Notes under the pieces: generated by a model
Database searches by the model: none
Seen by the model: the letters and a program-made list of their open reading frames with translations, nothing else
Told to the model about the DNA's origin: nothing
Source: Chara braunii
Lineage: Eukaryota > Plantae > Charophyceae
NCBI GenBank assembly: GCA_003427395.1
Contig: BFEA01000037.1
Location: 335,862-399,861 of the forward strand
Reading direction: 5' to 3'
Length of the DNA: 64,000 nucleotides
Position numbers and translations under genes: made by a program
In this document: positions 10,954 through 22,800 of the stretch, piece by piece
Layout: each line of letters opens with the position of its first letter
Position numbering within the stretch: the first letter of the stretch is position 1

Positions 10954-12345
10954 TAGGAGTAGAGGCGATCTTTTTTTTTCTTTTTTTTTTCCCGGACAAT
11001 ATAGTGGATCCGGACCAGGATCCGGGCCAGGGGTCCTAACCGGTCCGGAAATTCCGAAATATTCCGGTTTTCCAGAAGTCTGGATGGCCCCGGGAGGTCC
11101 GGGGTCCGGGTCCGGGGTCCGGGGTCCGGGTCCGGGGTCCGGAATCGGTCTGGTGTCCGGTCCGGCGTAGCTATGAATTTAGTATGAAAAAAAGGCACGG
11201 AAACTCACGAGCACTTCGACTCTGTCTGGATCGCAGTGGCCAAGTATCTTGAGGAAAAAGAGAGGGAACTCGATGAGAGTGGTGTCAAACTGGTCCGGAG
11301 CTTTGGGCCCAAGCTCTATATTGACTACCCGAGACCTCCAGTACCTTCTTTTCTCACGGATGACTCTTATTGGGCTGGCTTGGTTGATCTAGCCAAGAGA
11401 TACATTTCTCCAGCAGAGATTGACTACAGTGATCAAGCCATCTGAGTTTTGGCATCTCAGGCGAGGGATTTTCTCTTAGTCGTATCTCCCTACACTATGG
11501 GAGGAATTTTATGCTATGGTTGACTTTCGTGTCATGGGCCTCAGATGGAAGTGCTCAGAGCTTGCATGCTTTAGGTGACTCTACATTTAGAGGCCACAAT
11601 CTCAGGAGGTACATAGGCATGGCTCGAGGCACAGGAAACGCACTGCCAAATGAGGAACCAATGATGAGGCTTTGACTCTTGACTGGTGCTGGCCGTGCCT
11701 ATTCACCAGTACTTTCCTAAGATTATTACGAGTTCTCATCCTTGCCACTGTCTTGAGTCGGCCAGTCTTGCTTCATTTGCTTTGACTCCGCTTGATGATT
11801 GTGATTTCTGATGATTCTGTCAAAATTCTCAAAATTAGTAAATTAGCAAAATCGATACATGCATGACGCACCAAAATTTCATGTTTATTATTTGTATGAT
11901 TTTCTGTTGTTCCGAATCAAAATAAAAGATTCCAAAGACCGGGGACCGGCGAAGACCGTAATTGAAGGGTTCGCTTGAAGCCGAACGCACACAACAGGAA
12001 GGGAATATGCTTTAATTAATTTATTTTATTTATTGCAAGCAACATTCAAAACCCTGCGTGACAGCGTGTTGGCTTTCTGGTTGCCCGAAGTGGGCCGACC
12101 CGAAAAAGTGCGACAGCGTGCGTGTGCGTGTGCGGCGGCCTTGGCCTTGGCGCTTGTGCGCACGCGCCATGATCACCGTCTCTCGTTTCTCGCCACGTGA
12201 CGCTCCCTTGCTACTACACCTTTCGTCACTTTTCACGTTGTTTTCCTCTGAAAACGGTCGAAAAACAGCCAAAAATCCGTTGTCGGGTTTTACACCGTAT
12301 TTTCCCACTCTGCGGTGTGGTGGGTGGGAGCGGGGAACGTTCCCA

Positions 12346-12356
12346 CTCTGATACCA
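12346..12356 (-). promoter_or_regulatory. Primer-binding site (tRNA-iMet type) next to an LTR end at 12358
   Basis: Minus strand reads ...CCACA-C-TGGTATCAGAG. Confidence 0.7.
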
Positions 12357-12861
12357 GTGTGGCAGACCCACCGGGTGAGGTACTCCACTTGGGATAGAGA
12401 TGGAGATGGAGGATGAGGGTGGAGCAAGATGACACATCGCAGCTCCCACGCAAGACTCCAACGCACATACTCCAAACTGTGCGAATGTAGAATAATCCAA
12501 GTACAGACTTTGGCTTGGGTATACCCCAGCAGACTGACTAGACTGGAATTGACTAGCTGGTACCGACAGAGGTACCAGTTTGGACTGGACTACCCCGAAT
12601 ACAACACAGGCATGTGGGAACAGGCCAAGGGGCTGGTCTCACAGACCAACCAGAGGTCTGCTGCAAGCAGCGTGGATTAGGGAAGCTGCCCTCACCTGGT
12701 TAGGTTGTGTTGGGTCGACACTGAACCTGACCAGGTTGATTCAGAGTGAGTTTGTGTTGGCAAGACACATCAAGAAGACTTTATGCGACAATTTGAAAGA
12801 GGCGACAGTGAGAGGCACTCGCACTTGGAATCAAACCTAAGGGAGACACTTGGTGATTTAA

Positions 12862-13894
12862 ACCACCGGTTCAAACGGAGCTAAATTGACAAACCAAAAG
12901 TTGTACGTTTCCGAGCCTGACTGCTATAGTAACAGGCTGAAAAGAGAAATCTCAAGGTACGGGTACCAGCCTTCCTTAAAACTCAAGTGTTGTACCTCGT
13001 GCCAACAGATGGCACCGAAAAGACAAGCAAAAAAAAAAAAAAAAAAAAAAACTAAATCCAGATCAATGATGAACAAAGGTCATTGCCCTTCCATGAAAGA
13101 AACATAAAAGAGGTATGGGGAAGCCATCTGGCCTTGGGCATACTCACAGGGGTACTGTCCAAAATGTATCTGACCACTATCACGGCCAAATCATTATCTT
13201 CCCCTCCACCCCCCCCCACCCCACCCCCCTCTTCTCTTTCTTGTAAAGGTCATTGCCCTTCCATGAAAGAAACATAAAAGAGGTATGGGGAAGCCATCTG
13301 GCCTTGGGCATACTCACAGGGGTACTGTCTATTATGTATCTGACCACTATCACGGCCAAATCATTATCTTCCCCTTCCCCCCCCCTCCTCCTCCCTCTTT
13401 CTTGTATTGCTTTGCCAGAGGCAGGGCGTTTTCCACCACCTCAGGACAGGCCCTCACTGAGGGGATACTCACACTAGTACTATCAAGACTGTATCTGACC
13501 ACTATCATGGCCATATCTTTCATTCCTTTTTTATTTCTTTTCCCTATTTACATTCTTGGGAATGCCCTCACTCAAGGTATACTCACACTACTACTATCGA
13601 GAATGTATCGGATGCATATGACGTCCAAATCTATCTTTGTTTTCCTTTCTTTTTTTTAACGGTTTTGTTTGTTTATAGGATTAGTGTCCTGCCAGCAAGG
13701 CAAGGACATTTGCCCAGACTGCCCAATGTTTTCTCATTTCTTTTTTTTTTTTTTTCCACTTTCGCCTTCAATCCATTCTTTTTGGGCCCACCAGCCTTTT
13801 CCTTCCGAACCTGTGCCATTCCTAATCACTGTTCATCTTGCTACGGTCGCAGTACTGCGTTTTGGTGAACAATAGGGGTCTGTGAACTGGTGGT
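12862..13894. mobile_element. TTAA-targeting non-autonomous TIR element (1033 bp) with an internal 170-bp tandem duplication
   Basis: TTAA|ACCACCGGTTCA ... TGAACTGGTGGT|TTAA; duplication starts at 13075 and 13245. Confidence 0.8.
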
Positions 13895-14912
13895 TTAAGG
13901 GTCTCCCTCAAGTAGTTGATCTTGAGGGAGGTAGCCATTTTGCATCTACAAACTGCAAGTTGCTACTTTGTTCTTCAACATCGGCGGGGGATTCGACTTC
14001 GCACTTTGGTGTTGGAGTCAGACCCTCCTACATGATAGGACACTACTAGAGGTAGCGAATAGGGTTAGGAGGACCATATGAGGAAGGGGGGTCGGTTATA
14101 CTTCACCTCAGAGTTCGGGCCACTCATGTAGGTGTTGTGTACCTGAAGGTTGCCCATATGTGCGTGCAAGGTATTGTTTGTCCTGTTGGGGTACTTATGG
14201 GTCTCGGTTGTGTGCATTGGTGTGCAAACTACTTACTGACTTGATGGATGGAGAGACGAAGTATCTTGCTTTGAACACCATACCTTTCTACAGTGCTTTG
14301 TCTTTTCATTCTGAATGGATGTAGTCTGAAGGTTCTCTCTTAAAGTTGAAATTCGTTTTTCAGTACGGTAGAGGCAGAAAGTAGGACCGTGTGATACTAT
14401 TTTTGCTTGGGACTTGGTTGTGACCTACATGGGACCCATTGGGACTTAGTGGGACCAGGCCCAAACAAGAAGGGTCCCTTGGACTCAAATTTGTTGCCGT
14501 AGTGTCGCTCTCTTTTCTATCTGGAATTCGTTGCTTTTCTTTTTTATTAGAGCACTCGTTGCCGAGGGGATCTTGGCTGAGATGTTTTGCGGACTCGTGA
14601 GGCACAATCTGATGCCCGACCTGCACCTTATACACCACTCAATTCTCCATTGTTGTATGTTGTTACTTGTAGTCTGATTTGTTGTACTTTGACGGCGCCG
14701 ATCGGATTAGGCTCGAGGGGACCTCGTACTTGGTCCAGCCGACTAAAAAGCAGATTCAGAACTTTTTTGAATTATCATTATTATTTTTTTTGTTGGTTCC
14801 TCTCTAGTCCAAATATTTGGCCGCTCCGGCTTGGAGATCTACCTTCTTTTCTTGTGCTTTCAGTTTGTTTCTTTCACTGAAATCCATTTTATGCCCGTCC
14901 AGTAGTTCCAAC

Positions 14913-15278
14913 ATGGCACCAACCAAACCATCTGATATTCTAAAGGTTCGAGTGGATGCAGCGGATGACGAGCATAAACAGTTGTACTAGGGCCTCTATC
15001 AAAAGAAAATGGCCAAGGAGGAGGAGGAAGAGGGAAAGCGAAAAACAGCCGTTGAAGATCTTGAGACCCTTTTCAAAACAGTCTCAACCATGCCTCATGC
15101 AGATGTTAAGAAAAATCTGGTCAAGTATGTGCATGCCCTCGTAGATTACCATTTGCTGAGTGAGCTTCCGAGTTTAAAATCCCAAACACTCGACGAAATG
15201 AATCGGCTGCGTACTCAAATGGCAGATATGGCCAACGAGCATCACGATCAGATACAACAAATGACAATCATGCATTAG
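14913..15278 (+). pseudogene. Coiled-coil ORF fragment with one stop, possibly a Gag N-terminus
   Basis: ATG at 14913 is in frame with ORF 15009-15278; TAG at 14988. Charged, helical composition. No diagnostic motif. Confidence 0.3.
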
Positions 15279-16524
15279 GCCCATACTCTCTTCCCCTACC
15301 TCTTGTAGCTAACCTTAGTAGGGCGTCACCTTGTTAGACTTTCGAGCCTGAGTCAACCGTTCTGCGGGTCCCGGTTGGCTCGGCTCCGCCCACACTCATG
15401 CTCAGGGCACAAAGCCATTCATCACACGGTCACCCCCACCTAGTGCTTTGAGATGGATGGGGGTGGGCCATTGAGCGAGAGAGCTTTGACATTGGGGATG
15501 TAGCTCAGGTTTCTAGCTAGTGGGGGGGAAGTTTACTATTCACTCGCAAGCGTCCATTTCTCGATACTTTGTTGTGTTCTCATGCAATTGCTCTTTCCAA
15601 TACACAGGCAGTCCAGCGGGTTCTTTGAGACTTCTCTTCCATTATGCACATGCTAAGCGTCATCCTTAGGCCACGAATCCATTCCCGGACGCAATGGTCC
15701 TAAAGCTTTATCGAGGTAGGCTTTGTCCTTCTCCTCTTAGTTGGTCTACGCACTAGCCTTCTTTATCTCTGTGCCACACATCATGCATCATATTTGGTTG
15801 TATTCTTATGCACCCCTTAGTCTTTTCGGGGTGCCCACCTGCATACTTATAGGACTCAACGGCCGTCTCGACCGCCCGACACTTTGGCAAACTTCAACCA
15901 TACACGCCCTGCCTTTCCTTTTCATTCATACTTGGAGCAACATGCACAAAGGGTCCCACTCATAGGCATAGGTTACGTTTACAACCACGTAGCTTTTCTC
16001 CCCTATTTCTCTCAAGGCACACTATGGCTACTCACCTGCACACTCAATCACAACGCAAAACAGATACAGCCCCATTTGAGGTCAACACATAACCCCTCCC
16101 ACATGCCTAATCTCAGTGTCCTTAGGTTCTTTCCCTTCTTGTTTCCTTCCTTTATCCAAGCCATCCTCTTCTCTTAGCCATGCAGTCGGGATTCTGGTTG
16201 AGTCAACTGACCTTCTCTTTTACTTCACAACTTTTTTTAGCCCTTCTCGGCCTTTGTCAAACGTCAAGTCTATCAAGCTTTCCTCCTTCTCATCTTCTTG
16301 GTGGCACAAGGGGCCGACAACCATCCCCTTGCCCTCTTCTTCCACCAAGTGAGATTCAAAGTTCCTATTCCGTTCGTACCCTGACAATGTTACGAGTGAG
16401 GGAAGGGTTAGTTGCATGCCAAGGGAAAAGGGGAGAGAGGGTGAGGGTTGACCTTGGGATTTGGAAGAGAAGGGACAGACAATTTTGGAGGCTAAGAAGG
16501 AGGAGGAAAAAGAGAGAGAGAGGG

Positions 16525-16570
<46 letters not shown>

Positions 16571-16689
16571 CTAAGCCTAATCCAACTTACCCCCTACTTG
16601 TCCTATCATCCTACCTATAACTCCTTTAACGACTTGCTGCCCTATATGCCTTGTGTCGAGGCATCGGTTGGTGACGGAAGGGGAGGAAG

Positions 16690-17995
16690 AAGGTGTGAAG
16701 GTGCTCGGCTATGGTGGATGGGTGAAGGAGGTGGTGGTGGAAGAAGGTGTGAAGGTGCTTGGCGATGGTGGATGAGTGAAAGAGGTGGAGGTGGAAAAAG
16801 GTGTGAAGGTGCTTGGCTATGGTGGATGGGTGAAGGAGGTGGAGGTGGACGAAGGTGTGAAGGTATTTGGCTATGGTGGATAGGTAAAGGCGTTGGAGGT
16901 GGAAGAAGGTGTGAAGGTGCTTGGCCATGGTAAATGGGTGAAAGAGATGGTGGTGGAAGAAGGCGTGAAGGTGCTTGGCTATGGTGGATGGGTGAAGAAG
17001 GAGGAGGTGGAAAAAGGTGTGAGGTGCTTGGCTATGGTGGATGGGTGGAGGTGGAGGTGGAAGAAGGTGTAAAGGTGCTTGGCGATGGTGGATAGGTGAA
17101 GGAGGTGGAGGTGGAAAAAGGTGTGAAGGTGCGGCTATGGTGGATGGGTGAAGGAGGTGGAGGTGGAAGAAGGTCTGAAGGTGCCTGGCTATGGTGGATG
17201 AGTGAAATAGGTGGAGGTGGAAGGGGTGAGGGTGCTTGGCTATTGTGGCTGGGTGAAGGAGGTGGAGGTAGAAGAACGTGTGCATGTACTTGGCTATGGT
17301 GGATGGGTGAAAGAGGTGGAGGTGGAAGAAGGTCTGAAGGTGTTTGGCTATGGCAGATGGGTGAAGGAGGTGGAGGTGGAAAAAGGTGTAAAGGTGCTTG
17401 GTTATAGTGGATGGGTGAAGGAGGTGGAGGCGGAAGAAGGTTTGAAGGTGCTTGGCTATGGTGGATGGGTGAATGAGGTGGAGGTGGAGGAAGGTTTGAA
17501 GGTGCTTGGCTATGCTGGATGGATGAAGGAGGTGGAGATGGAAGAAAATGTGAAGGTGCTTGGCTATGGTGGATGGGTGAAGTAGAGGGTGGTGGAAGGA
17601 GGTGTGAAGGTGCTTGGCTATGGTGGACGGGTGAAGGAGGTGGTGGAAGAAGGCGTGAAGGTGCTTGGCTATGGTGGATGGGTGAAGAAGGTGGAGGTGG
17701 ACGAAGGTGTGAAGGTGCTTGGCGATGGTGGACAAGTGAAGGAGGTGGAGGTGGAAGGAGGCGTAAAGGTGCTTGGCAATGGCGGATGGGTTACGGAGGT
17801 GGAGGTGGTAGAAGGTGTAAAGGTGTTTGGTTATGGTCGATGGGTGGAGGTGGAGGTGGAAGAACGTGTGAAGGTGCTTGGCTATGGTCGACGGGTGAAG
17901 GAGGTGAGGTGGAAGAAGGTGTGAAGGTGCTTTGGCGATGGCGGATAGGTGAAAGGAGGTGGAGGTGGAAGAAGGTCTGAAGGTGCTTGGCTATG
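16690..17995. repeat. 54-bp G-rich minisatellite, about 24 copies
   Basis: Unit AGGTGTGAAGGTGCTTGGCTATGGTGGATGGGTGAAGGAGGTGGAGGTGGAAGA; accounts for the repetitive ORFs on both strands. Confidence 0.95.
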
Positions 17996-20749
17996 GATCC
18001 AAGGCCATTATTAATCTGAGCTACCCCCAAGTAGTCCTTGCTTCAGATTTGAGCCCCAAGGCTCACTTTTTTAATTTTTGGTGCATCTGGCTTTCTTTTC
18101 GGCCAAATGCACTGTTTCGTTTTTTTTCCTTCTTCCGTCTCTTTCCATTTTGGGCTGCCTTTTCATTCCATAGTTGGCCGTTTGAGCTGGCCCCATAAAA
18201 AACGGCCATATCCTCTCCTCTATGAGATCCGATCTTCGATCCATGGCTTAGGAAAAAAAACAACCAACTTTCTTTCACTTTGTCTCTCAAATTTGCCTTT
18301 TTAATTCACATATTGCTGAGATAATGCCCCACGGGCCTTATCTCTTCACTCTGGATTGCCCTCCAGTAAATCCGGAGTGATGAGGTCACAGTAGGGACCT
18401 TCCAGTCCCTACTGTGCCAGTCCCAACTGACCGACACATTCTCGTTCCTTTTCTCCCATTTTTCTCTCCTTTTCTTTTATTTCTGCTGCAACAAGTGTAA
18501 AGCAGTTGTGATCTTGATCTAGAGCCAGATCTATACCCACCAGCTAACCGTTGTATCTCAGATTCCAATAATGAAGCCCCCACACCTACGGGGGCTCCAT
18601 TTGGCGTCCGTTACTCTCAGTTTTGGGACCCCCCTTGCTCCGATATTTCCTTGGCAATTTATTTTCTCTGTAGAGCCCCTTGGGGCTCTTTTTCTCATGC
18701 CCCGCTAGTCCAAGATATCTCAGACTGCAGGGTAGGCCTCCCATCACCACACCTTTTTTTTTTTGCCTCCTCACTCCCTCTACCTTTATCTCACTCAACT
18801 CTTGCACTAGCAGTTGCTAATATTTCTTCGCCGTCAACATCTTGATCTTGGCGTTGCCGCTTGTTTCGCGTGTTCATCCTTCACATGGGACTTGCAGTTT
18901 TCTTTTGGACGCTCAAGTCCCTGCCACTCGTCCCGCACTAGTTCCATTTTTGTTTTTTTTGTCCCACCAATGGTCCCGCTGTCGTGCGCATCGGCCCTCG
19001 CGTGAAAACGAGGGCCCTCCCGGCCATGTCACGCAAGAGTTAAACCTAAAACATCACTTTAAGAGACAACTCGGGAACGACGCATAATATTTCGTGAATC
19101 GCCGAGACGGACGCGGTTGCTTCGCTCCTTTGCCGCTCTAGTCGGGTGCACCAGCTATACATCACACGGTCCCCTACGACAGGACAGGTTCTCGCGGGGC
19201 ATAAGCTGCATCGCTAAGGGGCTGTCACCACCCTTAGGGGCGTATCCCTACCGAGCTACTGATCCACGTGCGAAGGCTTTTATGTGCAATCGCAGAGGGA
19301 GATCGGCGGAGGGTGTTTGCTCGTCTCGCTGCAGTATAGGAATTGTTTGACTAAACGCCGAATGAACCTGTGCGTCGTTCGTTCCCTGGGGCGCTGATCT
19401 CCCCAGTACGAAGTGTGCGCCGGTCGACTAGGACAATCTCAACCAAACGTGAAAAACGATCCTTAGTCCCTAACAATCAAGCAACAAAAATCCCCAGACT
19501 TAAAACAAAATCACACAATCCAAATCGTTGACTTGATGAGCTGGTCTGCCAAAGTGTCTCTTTTTCTACCTGTATGACTGAAAAAACTTTTATATTGTCG
19601 TTCCAAGATTATTAATTTAAAGAAATATACTAAGACTGATCTTATTATCATGACTACTGAAACTTATCATGAATAACTTATGTAAATAAATATCACTTGT
19701 ACCATGCAGATCAACAAGTGATCTGGTTCCTTATCGATGTTTGAACTCCCGATTCGACCACGTTTCCGTACCATATACAACTACTTGGATGACCGAATGA
19801 CAACTTTGTTGCTCGCTTTGTCCTCCTGAACAATAATTACTCTTTCTGTTCCACGAATGATGGAGTCTCCATCTCTAACGCCAAGTTACGCAACGCAGAA
19901 ATATTTCATTTTCCGCTGCTTTATTTGACAACTTTTTTAGACGTTCGCTTTTCACTTTATCCAGCTCATTTTTATGTGAACGATTACCCCTCAATGCATA
20001 AGCATGATAGTAAAATCATCGGGGTAATCCGAATACTATCCATCCGGCGGTCCTAACTACATAAAGTGTTTTGTTTTTGTTTTTAAATTACCTCGTGAAA
20101 CCATAAGTTATATGGTTTCCTCAACGGGACTGAGTCCATGCGAAGTGTTTTCTGAAATCTGAATAAGATTTCAGAAGACGATGTCTAATCCTGGTAAATC
20201 TCTCGCCCGCCGCGCACCTGTGCCTCCAATAAATCCAAACGTGCCAGCTCGTCGTCGTCGAAAATCAAAGTAGACATTTGTCCACATTGCATGATTCTGA
20301 CAATCCGAGTATTATAGAAGGAGGCCCTCCGAGAGGCTAGCCTCCAAACTATAACTCGAAGAGGTCGACTAAATCCACACAGGTGTCGAGTCTCTGTGTC
20401 CCGGATCCGGATGACGCCAAAACGCCTACCGGACGAGGTAATCTTGATACTCACAATGATTCGAGAGAGACATTAGAGGTTACTCGCACGGTGGAAATAC
20501 AAAGTATAACCGTAAAGCTCGTCGGAAATTCGAGCCGTGTTGGCTCTGATATCCACGGGAGTATTAGGGAAAAATCCCTCGCCAGTCCAATGAAGCCGAA
20601 CTATTCGATAGGAGATCCATCTCGAACTCATAAAAGTCGCGCTGCACTCCTGATGAGATCCTACTCGGGTGTATCACGGACCAGCAGATACCTCGGGATC
20701 GTCAAGTCTCGTCGTGCTCCAGGCATCTGCGTATCAGAACGAATCCAAA

Positions 20750-21262
20750 TCAGTCACGTAAAAACTCCTCGAGTTCTTCCGCTTCATTTTCCAATTCATC
20801 ATCATATAATGCTTCAGCCCCTATAATTGCGTACCTATTGGCACGTATCCGCTCCGCGTAGTATATGCCAAAAAATGGGCCTTGTCGCTCGTTCAGCCAA
20901 AGTACGAAAAGGACGAACATCAACCTTATTTCAGGGATTTCGTCCACTCGTGGGTTTAACTCATAGGGCTGCAACACCACCAGGTTCATATTGGCGAAGT
21001 GACACTCGAACAATGGCGGTGCGAGCTCGTAATGAAGAATATCCAGGTCGTTATCACTCCTGAAAACAAGTCGCTTGGGGGGTCTTTGCGCACTACCACC
21101 CCAAAATCGCGGAACGTCCTCCTCAGAATATAATTCTGACGGATTATAAATAACTCGGCCTACCCTTTCTACCCTCACTCCATCACGCCTTTGGAGTTCA
21201 ACTCTCTCCGCCGCCGCATCACGATTGTTGAAAAAAAATAATTCCGTGGATCCCATAGCCAT
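20750..21262 (-). CDS. Unknown 170-aa ORF carried by family Y copy 1
   Basis: Open non-repetitive frame. The ATG is directly preceded by an intron-acceptor-like CTTTTTCTTTCAG. No recognised domain. Confidence 0.4.
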   Translation of the reverse strand: MAMGSTELFFFNNRDAAAERVELQRRDGVRVERVGRVIYNPSELYSEEDVPRFWGGSAQRPPKRLVFRSDNDLDILHYELAPPLFECHFANMNLVVLQPYELNPRVDEIPEIRLMFVLFVLWLNERQGPFFGIYYAERIRANRYAIIGAEALYDDELENEAEELEEFLRD

Positions 21263-22574
21263 CTGAAAGAAAAAGAAGACAAATGTGTTTTGAGTTAAAC
21301 TCTTGCCCTTGAGTATTATTCGGTTTTTGTCTTCCTTACAACCGTGCTTCTTATGGCACGACCAACCACGTCAGGAGTATCTAAATGCACTCCGTTCAGC
21401 TAGTAGGACATGAGTCGGGCTGCTTGTGGCACCAGCTCTCCATACGTTAGTGGTACCTAGGATGACCACTTAAAACAAAATTGCTAAGGCAATTTTTCCT
21501 TTTTCGCAAGGCGTCAAGAAATAATTTTCTTCCGTGTGGATGCCTTTTCCATCGCCCGAGTACAAAACTCGGATCTCAGAATTCGGGCAGTCTCCACCGA
21601 ATCGGCATAGTACCCCCCCGCAAAGCGTCCACTCTGAGTCGATAACAGGGCCGGCCCCTAGATGCCTCCTAGAAAAAGGGAAAACACCTACACGGCAGAC
21701 AAGTAAAGTCTTGCCGCCTAGCGTCAAAGTAAACTTAGACGAAGAAAGAGGAAATCGTAGAAAGATAGAATAATTTCAGTTGATAGGCATAGACGAGAAA
21801 AGGGTCGTTCGGGAAAGACTGGAAAACCTCAGGGATAAGTCTAAATCCAATTGAACTTTTCTTCCTTGTGCTCGCTTCGTTTCTCGTTGTCTTCTTTCTC
21901 TTTTATTTATACATAGAACACAAGCACAAAGATAAAAAAATTCAACCATTCTTTCACCGTCATCACCCTCATCCATTTCAGGCCCCATGCCGTACCTGTA
22001 GTCAAAACCCAACGACACACAGACCACCATGCATTCTTTTACCATTGTCAGACTCCCAATCATACATGCAAACACACACATTCTCTTCCCTTTTTCAATG
22101 AACATTCAGTGAAACAGGTCAAAGCAAGTGTGGGTTCACTCAGGTGTGAAGGGAACTGAGTCAATTTAACTGACCTTGAGTGAAGTTTTAACGGTACACC
22201 CAAGAAGACCGTATAAAATTTACGCTCTCCTTACGCGAATGTTGTTGTACCTAGTCGTCACCGAAGTGATCGACACTACTCTCTTGTGACGACCGCTTAC
22301 CAAAACACCCTCTCAGTACTCAATCACTTTCCAATAATCCTTGCGGCGTTTTCTAGTTACCCCCACTTGCGTCCAAAGTACGGCGTCTCCTTGGCGTCAG
22401 CCTCACGCCACTTCAAAATGAAACTACCGCTTTGACGCACTTCCACTGTGTCAACGTCCCACCTCCACTTAGTGCACAGATACTGCCGTTACTGTCGTAA
22501 AATAGCGTTGTCACTGCAAGAATATGATACTGACGCCGCAAAAAAAAATCCAGCAGCGTTCCCGTACTACTGCT

Positions 22575-22800
22575 GAAAAAAAAAAAACAGAACCGTCGCC
22601 GCAACAATCCGGCAGCGCTTCCGCACCACCGCTGAAAAAAACAGAACCGCCGCCGCAACAATCCGGTAGCGCTTCCGCACCACCGTGGAAAAAAACAGAA
22701 CCGCCACCACAACAATCTGGCAGCGCTTCCGCACCACCGCAGAAAAAAACAGAACCGCCGCCGCAACAATCCGGCAGCGCTTCCGCACCACCGCAGAAAA
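22575..22800. repeat. Four 54-bp tandem repeats
   Basis: Unit AAAAAAACAGAACCGCCGCCGCAACAATCCGGCAGCGCTTCCGCACCACCGCTG. Confidence 0.9.

Larger units (their letters stand above)
9502..11186. mobile_element. Non-autonomous TIR DNA transposon (hAT-like MITE)
   Basis: Left end CATGGCTACG, right end CGTAGCTATG (to 11175, plus 11 extra bp). Dense GGTCCG subterminal arrays at both ends. Flanked by A8 and A7 runs; removing it restores the host reading frame. Confidence 0.75.
9330..11653 (+). pseudogene. Disrupted copy of the 218-aa family X ORF, split by a TIR element
   Basis: ...IHDLRVYLKK, then the insertion, then GTETHEHFDSVWIAVAKYLEEKERELDESG... matches 61930-62586. Premature stops and a frameshift follow 11445. 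Confidence 0.85.
6700..12115. mobile_element. Family X copy (left-truncated), ending ...AAAAAGTGCGACA
   Basis: Collinear similarity with about 58000-63076 (e.g. 7413-7440 vs about 59185-59210; 11650-12115 vs 62586-63076). Homology stops exactly at GACA in both copies. Left boundary is approximate. Confidence 0.7.

Noticed and set aside
16626-17980. His-rich or Gly/Trp-rich repeat proteins; CRISPR-like array
   Set aside because: By-products of a 54-bp minisatellite with frame-breaking indels; no unique spacers and no cas genes.
19105-19470. Module A as a group I/II intron, SRP or RNase P RNA
   Set aside because: No GTGCG 5' end, domain V or other diagnostic motif recognised; left unclassified.
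22391-22412. PBS (TGGCGTGAGG on the minus strand) for family Y
   Set aside because: No adjacent CA LTR end, and not conserved in copy 2.
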